Source: an uncultured Chloroflexia bacterium
GTDB lineage: Bacteria > Chloroflexota > Chloroflexia > QHBQ01 > JADMIH01
Assembly: GCA_963797095.1 (NCBI GenBank)
Contig: CAWCNY010000002.1
Location: 896,001-960,000 of the forward strand
Length of the DNA stretch: 64,000 bases
Reading direction: 5' to 3'
Made by a program: the position numbers and the translations under genes. Under the pieces are notes generated by a model. It saw only the letters and a list, made by a program, of their open reading frames with translations. It did no database searches and had not been told where the DNA came from. Shown here in pieces: positions 27,824 to 37,859 of this stretch (its first letter is position 1; each line of letters starts with the position of its first letter).

Positions 27824-29431
27824 ATGCTTACTCACCCGTTGCGCTCTCGCCTCCCTATTCTGGGGGTTGTTGTTCTTTTGCTCTCCCTTTTGCCCTGGCA
27901 AGGCTCGTCCCGTGCAGTTGCCGCCCCCGTTGCCCAATCAGGCGACAGGCTGGTGCTGGCCTTTTACTACGCCTGGTACAGCCCCGCCGACTTCGCCAAG
28001 GGCCAGATGCTCGATACCCCCTCCAGCCCCTACGACTCCAATCAGCCTGAAACAATCGAGAGGCAGGTGCGCGAGGCTGCCGGGGCCGGCATAGATGGTT
28101 TTATCGCATCCTGGTCTGGCCTCGATACGCAAAGCGATGCCAACTTCGGAAAGCTCCTCGATACAGCAGCCAAGAACAACTTCAAAGCCACCATCTATTT
28201 CGAGACAGACTCGGTCGTGCAGCACGGCGACGTAACAAGCCAGCTACAGGGCCTCCTTGCCAAATACGCCAGTCACCCCGCCTTTCTCCATTGGAACGGC
28301 AAGCCTGTGATCTTCTTCTGGTGGCCGCAGGCGGTGGGCGGTGCGGCACAGTGGCAGGCGGTACGTACCGCCGTTGATCCGTCCAATGGGCAGCTATGGT
28401 CTGTCGATACCACCGATACCTCCTACCTCGACGCGTTCGACACAATACATTTCTTCAGCGCGGGCAAGTGGACTGGCACCACCGATGCTGGCAAAGTTGA
28501 TGCTCAGTGGCGTACAACTATCGACAACTACAACAAACAGCACGGCACCAACCGTCTCTGGGTGGCGGGTGTGATCCCCGGCTGGGATGAAAGCAGAGTG
28601 CTGCCGCCACGCCCCGACGCTAAAGTCTTTCCCAGGAACGACGGCGCGCTCTACAACGACATGTGGAAGGGCGCAATCGCCAGCAATCCTGTATGGATCA
28701 CTATCACCAGCTACAACGAATGGTACGAAGGCACGCAGATCGAGCCTGCCTCCTCTTATGGCACGCGCTACCTCGACCTGACAAAGCAAAACATCCAATC
28801 CTGGAAAGGCGTTGCTTCTGCTCCACCCACGCCTGCACCTGCGCCTGCACCCGTCTCCAACCCCGGCGCAGGCGATTCATGCGCGGGCGGCACTCTATTC
28901 CCCGAAACCCAGCTTGTCATCTGCAAAGCGATGGAGAGCTACTGGCGTGCCAACGGCGGCTTGCAGCAATTCGGCTACCCCATCTCCAACTCTTTCAGCG
29001 AAAAAAGCGCCCTCGATGGCAAGGCCTACACCGTCCAGTATTTTGAGCGCGCAGTTTTCGAGCTACACCCCGAAAATGCGCCGCCCTATGACGTACTGCT
29101 CTCCCAATTAGGCACCCTCGCATATCGCCAGACCTATCCCGATGGCGCTCCCAACCAGCATCAGAACCAGGAAGGCGGCAGGCTCTTCCCAGAAACGGGC
29201 AAGTGGGTAGGAGGTGGGTTCCTCCAGCGCTGGGAGAACAACGGCGGCCTCTTCGTCAACGGCTACCCGATCACAGACGAATTCCAGGAGCAACTCTCCG
29301 ACGGTAATACCTACGTGGTGCAGTACTTCGAGCGTGCCCGCTTCGAGTTCCACCCTGAGAACCCTCCACCCTACAATGTGCTGCTGGGTGCGTTGGGCCT
29401 ACTGGCGTGGGACCAGCATGGAGGGCAGTAA
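27824..29431 (+). CDS. Secreted GH99/GH71-like glycoside hydrolase with two C-terminal QYFERA repeat domains
   Basis: Signal peptide; VLAFYYAWY, AGIDGF, GKPVIF, PGWDE, ITSYNEWYEGTQIEP. Confidence 0.85.
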   Translation: MLTHPLRSRLPILGVVVLLLSLLPWQGSSRAVAAPVAQSGDRLVLAFYYAWYSPADFAKGQMLDTPSSPYDSNQPETIERQVREAAGAGIDGFIASWSGLDTQSDANFGKLLDTAAKNNFKATIYFETDSVVQHGDVTSQLQGLLAKYASHPAFLHWNGKPVIFFWWPQAVGGAAQWQAVRTAVDPSNGQLWSVDTTDTSYLDAFDTIHFFSAGKWTGTTDAGKVDAQWRTTIDNYNKQHGTNRLWVAGVIPGWDESRVLPPRPDAKVFPRNDGALYNDMWKGAIASNPVWITITSYNEWYEGTQIEPASSYGTRYLDLTKQNIQSWKGVASAPPTPAPAPAPVSNPGAGDSCAGGTLFPETQLVICKAMESYWRANGGLQQFGYPISNSFSEKSALDGKAYTVQYFERAVFELHPENAPPYDVLLSQLGTLAYRQTYPDGAPNQHQNQEGGRLFPETGKWVGGGFLQRWENNGGLFVNGYPITDEFQEQLSDGNTYVVQYFERARFEFHPENPPPYNVLLGALGLLAWDQHGGQ

Positions 29432-29628
29432 GGGGAGGAGTGCAAGCGAGCGCGATCTATTATTTGTAATACTGTTGTAACACTTTCGTAAGCAGTTTTA
29501 CCCATAGGTAAGCAAGCGCAAGTACGATAGGTGCGAGACCTGTGCGCCCTACCTCCGGCGAACTCGAGCCGGGCCAGGTGTTCCAGATTCACACCTATCC
29601 ACACTTATCACGAAAGGAAGCAACAGTG

Positions 29629-30627
29629 ATGTTCAAAACAATCAGGAAGTTCGCGCTCGCTTTCGCACCTGTTCTGGCCGTTCTCGCGCTTGTAACTCCT
29701 GCTCTGGCACAGACAGGCAGCGTATTTACAGATCCCCCCAAGTCGTACACGCTTACCACCGGCTGGTATCAGGGGCGTGCCACTTTTTACTACGACTTCG
29801 GTATGAATTCCCCCGTTGACAAGAGCAGCGGCAAGGTAATACCCGCCCCCATTTATGTCCTCATAACAGGCATGGACGCTGATGGCAACCCCATTATGGT
29901 CCCCGACCAGCGCAACATAATAGACGTGGTGCCCGGCGACGCAGGCTATTCCGACCTTTGGCAGGTCAATCTCGTGGTCGTTCCCTCTGATTACGTTGCA
30001 AACACCTTCAAGTCAGCCGACGACGTGAAGAACTCAGGTTACCAGACGATCGTACCAGGTCTGCTTGTGAACTGCCCGGTCGTCCCCCTAAACTCCACTC
30101 TATCCGAGCCTAGTCCCGCCTCCGGCAGCACCACTCCCACCAAGGGTTGGTACAAAGGACAGGAAGTCGACTACTTCGACTTCGGCCCAAACCCCAACTC
30201 AACAGCTCCCATCTATGCCTTCATCACCGGCTTCGACTCCTCGGGGATGCCCCAGTTTGTTGACGGCCAGCACAACATCATCGACGTGCTGCCCGGCCTG
30301 GATGGCTACAGCGCATTCTGGGATGTGACCCTCGTAATGGTCCCCGATGGCTACCAGGCAAACTCGATCACCACTCGCCAGCAGGTGCTTGATTCAGGCT
30401 ACGATATGATTAACCCCGGTCTGACAGTCAATTGCCCCGTCATCCGCACTGACGATGCGGTCACAGGCAACACAGGCCCCGTGGTGGTGGTCGGTATGCC
30501 TCACACGGGCGCTCCCGCCGGCGATAACCTCGCCATCTGGACAGCACTGGCAGCAGGCCTCGCGGTAGTGGCCGGTCTGGGCCTTCGCTTCAGAAGCTCA
30601 ATCGTCTCAAAGAGCCGCGCCAACTAG
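29629..30627 (+). CDS. Secreted protein with two tandem unknown domains and a sortase-type C-terminus
   Basis: Signal peptide; duplicated GWY.G....Y.DFG...APIY...NIIDV.PG..GYS..W.V...NCPV; MPHTG followed by a TM segment and basic tail. Confidence 0.78.
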   Translation: MFKTIRKFALAFAPVLAVLALVTPALAQTGSVFTDPPKSYTLTTGWYQGRATFYYDFGMNSPVDKSSGKVIPAPIYVLITGMDADGNPIMVPDQRNIIDVVPGDAGYSDLWQVNLVVVPSDYVANTFKSADDVKNSGYQTIVPGLLVNCPVVPLNSTLSEPSPASGSTTPTKGWYKGQEVDYFDFGPNPNSTAPIYAFITGFDSSGMPQFVDGQHNIIDVLPGLDGYSAFWDVTLVMVPDGYQANSITTRQQVLDSGYDMINPGLTVNCPVIRTDDAVTGNTGPVVVVGMPHTGAPAGDNLAIWTALAAGLAVVAGLGLRFRSSIVSKSRAN

Positions 30628-30643
30628 CATATCCTCCTTCCTT

Positions 30644-30687
30644 CAAGCGTTGAATGGGTGCGTTCGTGGCGTGCCCATTCAACGCTT
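30644..30687. terminator. Hairpin between convergent genes
   Basis: aagcgttgaatggg...cccattcaacgctt. Confidence 0.7.
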
Positions 30688-33600
30688 AATTCCCCAGCCA
30701 ATCGGTCACAGCAGTGGGCAGATTGACGCTGGGTCCCCTCTTTATTGTGCAATCGGGCAGCGAGTTGAGGAATGCCTGCCCGTAGTATTTCGAGAGCACC
30801 CGCCGGTCCAGCACGGCCACCACTCCCCGGTCGTTCTTGCTGCGGATCAACCTGCCAAAGCCTTGCTTGAACTTCAAGATCGCCTGCGGCACCGAATACT
30901 GCGCGAACGCGTTGTCGAACAACTCAGACCGAGCCGCGAACACCGGATCGCTCGGCACCGAAAAAGGTAGCTTCGCGATCACCAGCACCGACAGCGCATC
31001 CCCCACCACATCGATCCCCTCCCAGAAAGAGGACGTACCCAGCAGCACCGTGCGTGGATTGCTCTTGAACCGCTCCAGCAACTGCTTGCGTGAGCCGTCG
31101 ATATTGTGCCCCAGCACCATGATCCCGCCGTCTTCCAGCGACCTCTGGATCCCCCTGTAGGTGGCCCTCACCGCGCTGTGTGACGTAAACAAAATGAGCG
31201 CGCGTCCAGCCGATGCCTTGCACAGTGCGATAAGCGTTTGCTCTAGGGCTCTCTGGTAGCCCGCCATGCCAGGCTCCGGCATATCTGCGGGCACGTACAC
31301 AAGTGCGGCCTGCCCGTAATCGAATGGTGACGACAATTGCAGGTCTACCCCTGTGCGTAGGCCCAAACGCTCGCGTACGTACGAGAAATCGTTGTCGGTT
31401 GACAGTGTGGCCGAGGTAAGCACCACCGTCTTCTTCTGCGAGAAAAGGTGCTCGTCAAGCAGCGGGCCAACGTGCAGGGGTGCGCACTTCAGGGCAACAT
31501 CCCCGCCTCGCGCTTTCGCCTCCAGCCAGTACACCGCCCCATCCTCCGGGTTGGTGACCGCCGAGTTAGCGTTGGCCCGCAGGTCGTGCAGCCGCGTGAT
31601 GTGGTTGCGTAGCTCAATTGCCACGTCAGAATATGAGGCCACCTCGTCGCCGTCCACACTCCTCGGCATTGAGTTCCAATCTACATCCCCCAGCAGATTA
31701 TTGATCCTGGTCAATCCCTTCTCTATATCGGCCAGTTGCAGCCCCAGGTTGTCCCACACCAATTCAAGATGCCCCCACGTTGGGTGCTTGCGCACCTCCT
31801 CCGTGATCCTCTGCCGCAGGTCATACACGTTTTGCTCGTCGTGGTACACGTCCAGTAGCGTGATAAGGGTGGCGAACATCTCCGAGGCCGAACCTTTGGC
31901 CCGCTCTATGGCCGTGCGCAAGCCCGCCGATACCTCGTCCACCGACACCAGCAAGTTTCGCATTGATGACACCCGATTGGCCATAGACGATGGGCCTTCC
32001 CGTCCTCCGCCATTGTCTTTGCCTCGCCCTCCATCCTTGCCCTTCACCCCTGACATCTCCCTGGCGAGCGCCGCATGCAGTTTGCTCAGAAAGTCGTCCG
32101 ACACACCCAGCGAATTAGGCGGGGCGTTCAACTCCGTCAGCAACTTCATCGTTGATGGTCGGTCCACCGTGAAGCCGAGCGCATCCGTCGCTTCGTCTTC
32201 CAGGTTGTGGGCCTCATCGATGATCAGATGGTCGTATTCGGGCAGCACGCCACCGCCCATAGCCAGGTCGGCCAGCAGCAGCGCGTGGTTGACCACCAGT
32301 ATATTGGCGCTCTTTGCTCGCCGTCGCGCCCGGTCGAAGAAGCACAGTCCCTTTTGCCTTACCTGGCACTCATACAGCGGGCACCCTTCCTCGCTCACGC
32401 AAACGTGCTTCCACACTTCGTTCTCGTCGTTCAGCAAAAGCAATTCGTTTCGGTCGCCTGTTTCGGTCTCCGGCAGCCAGATCATAAGCTTGACCATCAC
32501 CCGCAACTGCTCTATCGAGGACGGCGACCCCCTGCGGAACGAGTACCATCGCCGCAAGCAGATATAGTTTGCCTTCCCCTTCAGCAAAGCCGATTTGAAT
32601 TGCCCTGAGGACGAAGCGCGAAAGCCGGATGACGAACGTCCATTGCCGTCGTCCTTCGTCCTTCGTCTTTCGTCTCCGAACCGACCTTCGTCTTTTGTAC
32701 TTCGTCCTTCGTCCTCTCCATATTCCCTCAGCAGCCTATCCAGTATCGGCAGATCCTTATGGAACAATTGGTCCTGCAAATTGATCGTGTTGGTCGATAC
32801 GACCACCCGCTCGCCTGTGCGAAGCGAGTAGAGGATCGACGGCAGCAGATACCCGATGCTCTTACCCGTGCCCGTGCCCGCCTCCAGGATCAGATGGTGG
32901 CCCCTATTGAGCGCATTGGCCACCGCCTGCGCCATCTCGATCTGCTGCGGGCGATGCTCGTAACCCGCGAACACCCGCGACATCGGCCCGCCCGGCGCTA
33001 ATATACGCTCGATCTCAGCCGGGTCCAGTGGGGGCTTGTCCTGCGAATACTCCTTCGCATCCTCGTCGCTCTCAGGCTCGTAATACGGCTCATCGAAGGG
33101 GTGAAGGAATCCCACATCAAGCTCGGCATCCGACAGCCCTTTAGCCGACAACTGCGAACGTATGGACGAGCCGGACGAGAAAGCGTTGCGCGACTTCTCG
33201 TACTCAACCTCGCGGAACAGGTGCCGCAGGGGCCAATCGCTTCTCTCGGTGGCCTTGCCGATCTCGGCCAGCACCTCCAGCGGTATATCCTCGATCCGCT
33301 CGCGCAGCGCCAGGAACACGTTCATCGTAAGCTCGGCGTCGGTCACGGCCCGGTGCGCTCGACCTTCACCCTCTTTCACCCCCAGCTTCTCGGCCACCGC
33401 CCGCAAATTATAGACAGCCGCTTCGGGCACCAGCAAAGTAGCAAGCTCGAACGTATCCCACGATACATTCCGCACATGGATACCCCCTCGCGCCAGCATG
33501 GCAAGGTCCAACTCTACCGATTGCCCGATCACCGGGCTATCCCCCACAAATTTTAGGAAATCACGCGTGATGCTTTGTATCGAAGGGGCGCGCGCCACAT

Positions 33601-33784
33601 CGCTTGCTCTAATACCGGTGAGCTGCGTGACCTTATAAGGTATAGGTTGATTAGGGCGCACAAAGCTCTCCCAACGGTCCACGATCTGACCGTCACGGAA
33701 CTTTACTGCCCCGATCTCAATGACCTCGTCCCGGTCGGGGTGCATACCGGTAGCCTCGAGGTCCAGCGCGATATATGTCCGCAA
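30686..33784 (-). CDS. dinG: DnaQ-like 3'-5' exonuclease / DinG-family helicase fusion
   Basis: ALDLEATG exonuclease motif, HRAVTDA, EAGTGTGKS, IIDEAH, LTSATL, FWEGID, QGFGRLIRS. Confidence 0.93.
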   Translation of the reverse strand: MRTYIALDLEATGMHPDRDEVIEIGAVKFRDGQIVDRWESFVRPNQPIPYKVTQLTGIRASDVARAPSIQSITRDFLKFVGDSPVIGQSVELDLAMLARGGIHVRNVSWDTFELATLLVPEAAVYNLRAVAEKLGVKEGEGRAHRAVTDAELTMNVFLALRERIEDIPLEVLAEIGKATERSDWPLRHLFREVEYEKSRNAFSSGSSIRSQLSAKGLSDAELDVGFLHPFDEPYYEPESDEDAKEYSQDKPPLDPAEIERILAPGGPMSRVFAGYEHRPQQIEMAQAVANALNRGHHLILEAGTGTGKSIGYLLPSILYSLRTGERVVVSTNTINLQDQLFHKDLPILDRLLREYGEDEGRSTKDEGRFGDERRRTKDDGNGRSSSGFRASSSGQFKSALLKGKANYICLRRWYSFRRGSPSSIEQLRVMVKLMIWLPETETGDRNELLLLNDENEVWKHVCVSEEGCPLYECQVRQKGLCFFDRARRRAKSANILVVNHALLLADLAMGGGVLPEYDHLIIDEAHNLEDEATDALGFTVDRPSTMKLLTELNAPPNSLGVSDDFLSKLHAALAREMSGVKGKDGGRGKDNGGGREGPSSMANRVSSMRNLLVSVDEVSAGLRTAIERAKGSASEMFATLITLLDVYHDEQNVYDLRQRITEEVRKHPTWGHLELVWDNLGLQLADIEKGLTRINNLLGDVDWNSMPRSVDGDEVASYSDVAIELRNHITRLHDLRANANSAVTNPEDGAVYWLEAKARGGDVALKCAPLHVGPLLDEHLFSQKKTVVLTSATLSTDNDFSYVRERLGLRTGVDLQLSSPFDYGQAALVYVPADMPEPGMAGYQRALEQTLIALCKASAGRALILFTSHSAVRATYRGIQRSLEDGGIMVLGHNIDGSRKQLLERFKSNPRTVLLGTSSFWEGIDVVGDALSVLVIAKLPFSVPSDPVFAARSELFDNAFAQYSVPQAILKFKQGFGRLIRSKNDRGVVAVLDRRVLSKYYGQAFLNSLPDCTIKRGPSVNLPTAVTDWLGN

Positions 33785-34101
33785 AGCGGATTTGCGGCCT
33801 TTCTAGGCCAATGGCCGGTAGGGGATCCTGGGCGCGAAATGTAAGACGCAACATAACCGGTGAGATTCGCCGAACATGCCTCGAACCATGCCCGGTCACA
33901 TCTCATGCGACGCTCATTCTACTACCTCTCAGGCGCAGATGCAATAGGTATTCCCCAATTATTCTCGTTCAGGCTAATAATCTGTTTATAAGGTAGGGAA
34001 AATTGCAGGTTTGGTTGCCAATTTCCCCTATCCTGGAATGCCTCTCTTGCCAGGGAGATCTTCGTGGGCGGCTAAAGAAGTAGGCATGGTAAAATGAATA
34101 T

Positions 34102-35799
34102 ATGAACCACCCAGTCAAGGGACGACATATCCCTAGAGCGTTCTTCCTTGCCCTTGTATTCATGCTGGCAAGCGCGGGAGTAGCCGCTGCCTGCCCCACC
34201 GCTACCCGACCCTATGAAGGCGTCGGTGAAGCCAAACTGATCTTTGTCGGCGATCTGATGATGGGTCGCTATGTGGGTAGCACCCTTCTCCGAACCAACA
34301 ACTACGACCCCCCCTTCGCCCCCATCAAATCCTACCTCTCCTCAGCGGACCTCGCCATCGGCAACCTCGAAGGCCCCATAGTGCCCAGGGGTACAATCGC
34401 CATCCCTCCACCCGCCCCCAACGAGCTTAACCTCACAGGCGATGCCCGTTCCGCCTATGCCCTCTCCAGGGCAGGCTTCGATCTTCTGTCGGTAGCGAAC
34501 AACCACGCCCTCGACGCAGGCACTCCCGGCCTCAACTACACCATCACCTACGTCAGGCGTGCAGGCATGGCCCCCTTCGGCATCGACCCAGGCCCGGCCA
34601 ACGGCGGCCAGAAGCCCGTAATCCGCACCGTACATGGCCTCAGGATCGCCTTCCTCGGCTACACCACCGTCATGAACATCCCAGGCACCGGCGGCGTAGC
34701 CTTCGTTCGCCCTTATGTGAAGGCCGATCTCGACCGGGTCACTCGCGAGGTCAAAGCCGCCAGGCAGTCAGCCGATCTCGTGATCGTGATGATGCACAGC
34801 GGCACCGAATACGCCATACAGCCCAACAGCGACCAGAAGACCCTGGCGAAAACCCTGGCAGATGCGGGCGCTGACCTCGTAGTGGGCGCTCACCCGCACG
34901 TTGCCCAGGGTACGGAAACCCTCTCCAGCGCGGGCCACACCACCCTCGTGGCCTACTCCCTCGGCAACGCCCTTTTCGACCAGGAAAGCCGCCCCGAACT
35001 GCGCCAGGGCCTCGCCCTCGAAGCCACAGTAGACCGCGATGGCGTGCGCACAGCCCGCCTTGTCCCTCTACAGATTGTCACAGGCGCGACGGGCTACACC
35101 ATGAACCTGTGCGACAATCCCACTTGTAGCCTGCCTATCGAACGCGCCTCTCAAAGCACCTCTCCCGACCTCCAATGGCAGGTACAGTGGTCGGCCACCC
35201 AGCCGACCGGCAAAGCCCTCGTCTACAAGCGCCCCGCTACGTCTGATTTATCCTCCCTGGAAGACCTCGGTCTCGGTGTGCCCACCCGCGTTGATCTCAA
35301 AGACGGCACCCTCTCAGTCTCAAGCCTCGACAAGCAATCCCAATGGCAAACCGTCTGGACCACCGAAGCAGGGTGGCGCGTCACCGGCTACTCGGTCGGC
35401 GATGCCAACGCCGACGGCACACCCGACCTGATCTACACCCCCTGGAAGCACAGCCTCACCTCCGAGCGCCCTGAAGGTGGCGGCCTCGACGTGAACATGG
35501 AGGGCGGCGACCTCCTCCCTCACATCTACATCAACACCTATCGCGATGGCGACATGAAACCCCTCTGGCACGGCTCCCCTCGCCCTGCCCCCTTGCTGGG
35601 TGTGGTGACAGCCCCCATAGGCAAAGACGGCAAGCCCCTCCTCGCGACCCTCGAAAGCAGCGACCCCACCGTAGAGCGCGCCCCCGGCAAGCTCACACTC
35701 TGGGAATGGACCGGCGGCTTCGGCTTCGAACTGGCGGCCACCATCCCCGGTGCTTACTCCAACGTCTGGTCCGACGGGCGGGTGCTCCTGTTCAAGTAA
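34102..35799 (+). CDS. CapA-family (metallophosphoesterase fold) secreted protein with C-terminal beta domain
   Basis: FVGDLMMGR, NLE, SVANNHALD, MHSGTEY, GAHPHV, YSLGN. Confidence 0.88.
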   Translation: MNHPVKGRHIPRAFFLALVFMLASAGVAAACPTATRPYEGVGEAKLIFVGDLMMGRYVGSTLLRTNNYDPPFAPIKSYLSSADLAIGNLEGPIVPRGTIAIPPPAPNELNLTGDARSAYALSRAGFDLLSVANNHALDAGTPGLNYTITYVRRAGMAPFGIDPGPANGGQKPVIRTVHGLRIAFLGYTTVMNIPGTGGVAFVRPYVKADLDRVTREVKAARQSADLVIVMMHSGTEYAIQPNSDQKTLAKTLADAGADLVVGAHPHVAQGTETLSSAGHTTLVAYSLGNALFDQESRPELRQGLALEATVDRDGVRTARLVPLQIVTGATGYTMNLCDNPTCSLPIERASQSTSPDLQWQVQWSATQPTGKALVYKRPATSDLSSLEDLGLGVPTRVDLKDGTLSVSSLDKQSQWQTVWTTEAGWRVTGYSVGDANADGTPDLIYTPWKHSLTSERPEGGGLDVNMEGGDLLPHIYINTYRDGDMKPLWHGSPRPAPLLGVVTAPIGKDGKPLLATLESSDPTVERAPGKLTLWEWTGGFGFELAATIPGAYSNVWSDGRVLLFK

Positions 35800-36592
35800 G
35801 GAATTCTCGCAAAGCTGTATTGAACGCCTCCGGCTCCTCGACCATAGGCAGGTGCCCCGTATTCTCGATCACCACGTGCACCGATCCCTCGATCCCTGCG
35901 TGCATCTTCTCGGCCTCTACCGCCGGGATGATCTGGTCTTCCCCTCCACTGATGATCAGCGTCGGCACCTTGATCCGCGCCATATCCGGGGTTGAGTCGG
36001 GCCTCCCCACCATCGCGTGCAGCGAATCGATCACCCCTCGCTTGCCCTGCCTCAGCATCATCGCGTGCACCCACTCGGCGATCTCTTTGTCCTGCTCGTA
36101 GGTCGAAGGCGCGAACACCCTGGGGAACATCCCTTCTGCCGCTGCCACCGCCCCCTTCTCCTCAACGCTCTGCGCTGTCTTATATCGCCCCTCCCGCGCT
36201 GCTTCTGTGTCGGCCCCCGGCCTGGTCGCCACCAGTATCAACTTCTCCAGCATCTCAGGGAACTTCCGCACAAACGCAAACGCGATATACCCGCCCATCG
36301 AGTGCCCGGCCAGCACGATCTTCTCCACTCCCGCCGATTTCGCCCAACCCGCGATAGCATCCGCGTAATCGTCCATTCCTGCTTCCCTGTTTAACTCCAG
36401 CGGCTCTGACTCGCCCATTCCAGGCATATCGGGTGCAACCACCCACATCCCACCCCCAGGCCCCTCCAGTTGCTTCTCCCACAGGCTCCCGTCGAACGGG
36501 AACCCATGCACCAGCACAAGCGGCGCTCCATTCCCTTTCCCCTCGCCGCGCTGCCTCACATTCAACTTTGCTTTCAACTTTGCTGCTGCCAT
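35792..36592 (-). CDS. Alpha/beta fold hydrolase
   Basis: LVHGFP, GHSMGG, GHLPMVE; AGGAGG RBS before the 36592 start. Confidence 0.9.
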   Translation of the reverse strand: MAAAKLKAKLNVRQRGEGKGNGAPLVLVHGFPFDGSLWEKQLEGPGGGMWVVAPDMPGMGESEPLELNREAGMDDYADAIAGWAKSAGVEKIVLAGHSMGGYIAFAFVRKFPEMLEKLILVATRPGADTEAAREGRYKTAQSVEEKGAVAAAEGMFPRVFAPSTYEQDKEIAEWVHAMMLRQGKRGVIDSLHAMVGRPDSTPDMARIKVPTLIISGGEDQIIPAVEAEKMHAGIEGSVHVVIENTGHLPMVEEPEAFNTALREFLT

Positions 36593-36737
36593 CGCCTTTG
36601 CCTCCTGTTTAGAGTATATTCTCATCACATGCTGATGCTCTGCTCTCCTTTTCCTCGAACCGTGCCACTATACAATGCGCAATTCGCGTTTATCAACCCA
36701 TTGAACTTTCTCTACCCTCACCCCACGCGCTACCGGC

Positions 36738-37654
36738 GTGGGGCTTGTTTTGCTTGCAGCCGCTCTCTGGGGCACTCTCGGCACCCTCTATAAGATCGGC
36801 ACCCAGCAATACGGCCTCACTCCCCTCTCCATAGTCTTCTGGCGGGCCGCGCTGGCCGCCATCATCCTCTGGCTGGCCTTCGGTATAGTCACTCCCCTGG
36901 TGGGTGGCGGTTGGCGTTCCGTGCGCGTTGAGAAGCGCGATCTTCCCCTCTTCGCCGCCTTCGGTCTCCTCGGCGTGACCGCCTTCTACATCCTCTATAT
37001 CTACGCAGTGGTGCTTGCTGGCGTGGCTGTGGCGGTCGTCCTCCTCTATACTGCCCCCGTCTTCGTCTCCCTCATGTCCTGGCGCTTCCTGGGCGAGCCA
37101 TTCACCCACCGCAAGACCCTTGCCCTCCTCCTCGCCCTCACAGGCTGCGCGCTGGTGGCTCGCGCCTACGACCCTGCCCTTCTCAGCGTCAATGCCCCGG
37201 CATCCTGTGCGGCCTCGGTGCCGGCTTCACCTACGCCCTCTACAGCATCCTCGGCAAATTCTCTCTCAGGCGCGGCTACGGCATCGCCACCATGTCTCTC
37301 TACATCTACTCGATTGGCGCTCTCGGTCTCCTCCTGGTGGCCCTCCTTGCCGCGAGCATCTCCCCAGGTATATCAGATATCACCCTGGTGGTCGCCCCCG
37401 ATCCGGGTGCGTGGCTCCTCCTGCTGACCCTCGCCCTTTTCGCCACCATCGGCGGCCTCTACGCCTACACAGCGGCTCTGCGCCACCTCGAGGCGGGGGT
37501 CGCCAGCATCCTTGCCACCTTCGAGTCGGTGGTTGCTGCCACCTCTGCCTATTTTGTGGTGGGCGAAAGCGTCGGTTGGCCCCAGGCTCCCGGAGGTCTT
37601 CTTATCATCCTGGGCGTGCTGATCCTCCAGATACAACCCCGAAAAAAGTTCTAA
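36738..37654 (+). pseudogene. EamA/DMT transporter split by a one-base frameshift near 37196 (or assembly indel)
   Basis: AAALWGT...LLYTAPVFV...FLGEP in frame 1; GILCGLGAGFTYALYSILGK and FESVVA...VVGE in the next frame; one extra C in gccccgg would restore it. Confidence 0.8.
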
Positions 37655-37859
37655 ATATGCCAAGATTAATGTTTCTTACTACTTCCATTCCTGGAACAAT
37701 TGTGATAATATAGGCCCATCAAAACGGCGCGAAGGCTACCCTTCACGTTATCAATGACGCTGTCGAGCGTCACTATTGCTACGGCTGGCGGCCCACGCTG
37801 TAGCGCCGGTGAGGCCATCAATCCAATATCCACATGTCAAGTCAAGAGAGGAGAGCAGG

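Noticed and set aside
29495-29585. Possible riboswitch upstream of the sortase-type protein gene
   Set aside because: No convincing match to c-di-AMP, c-di-GMP, cobalamin or SAM consensus by eye; an Rfam scan would be needed.
31353-32567. 404-aa + strand ORF
   Set aside because: Antisense to dinG, with no recognisable motifs.
37720-37820. Hairpin-rich leader upstream of the BNR protein
   Set aside because: tgacgct/agcgtca and gctacggc/gctgtagc stems are present, but no family motif or second copy supports an RNA call.
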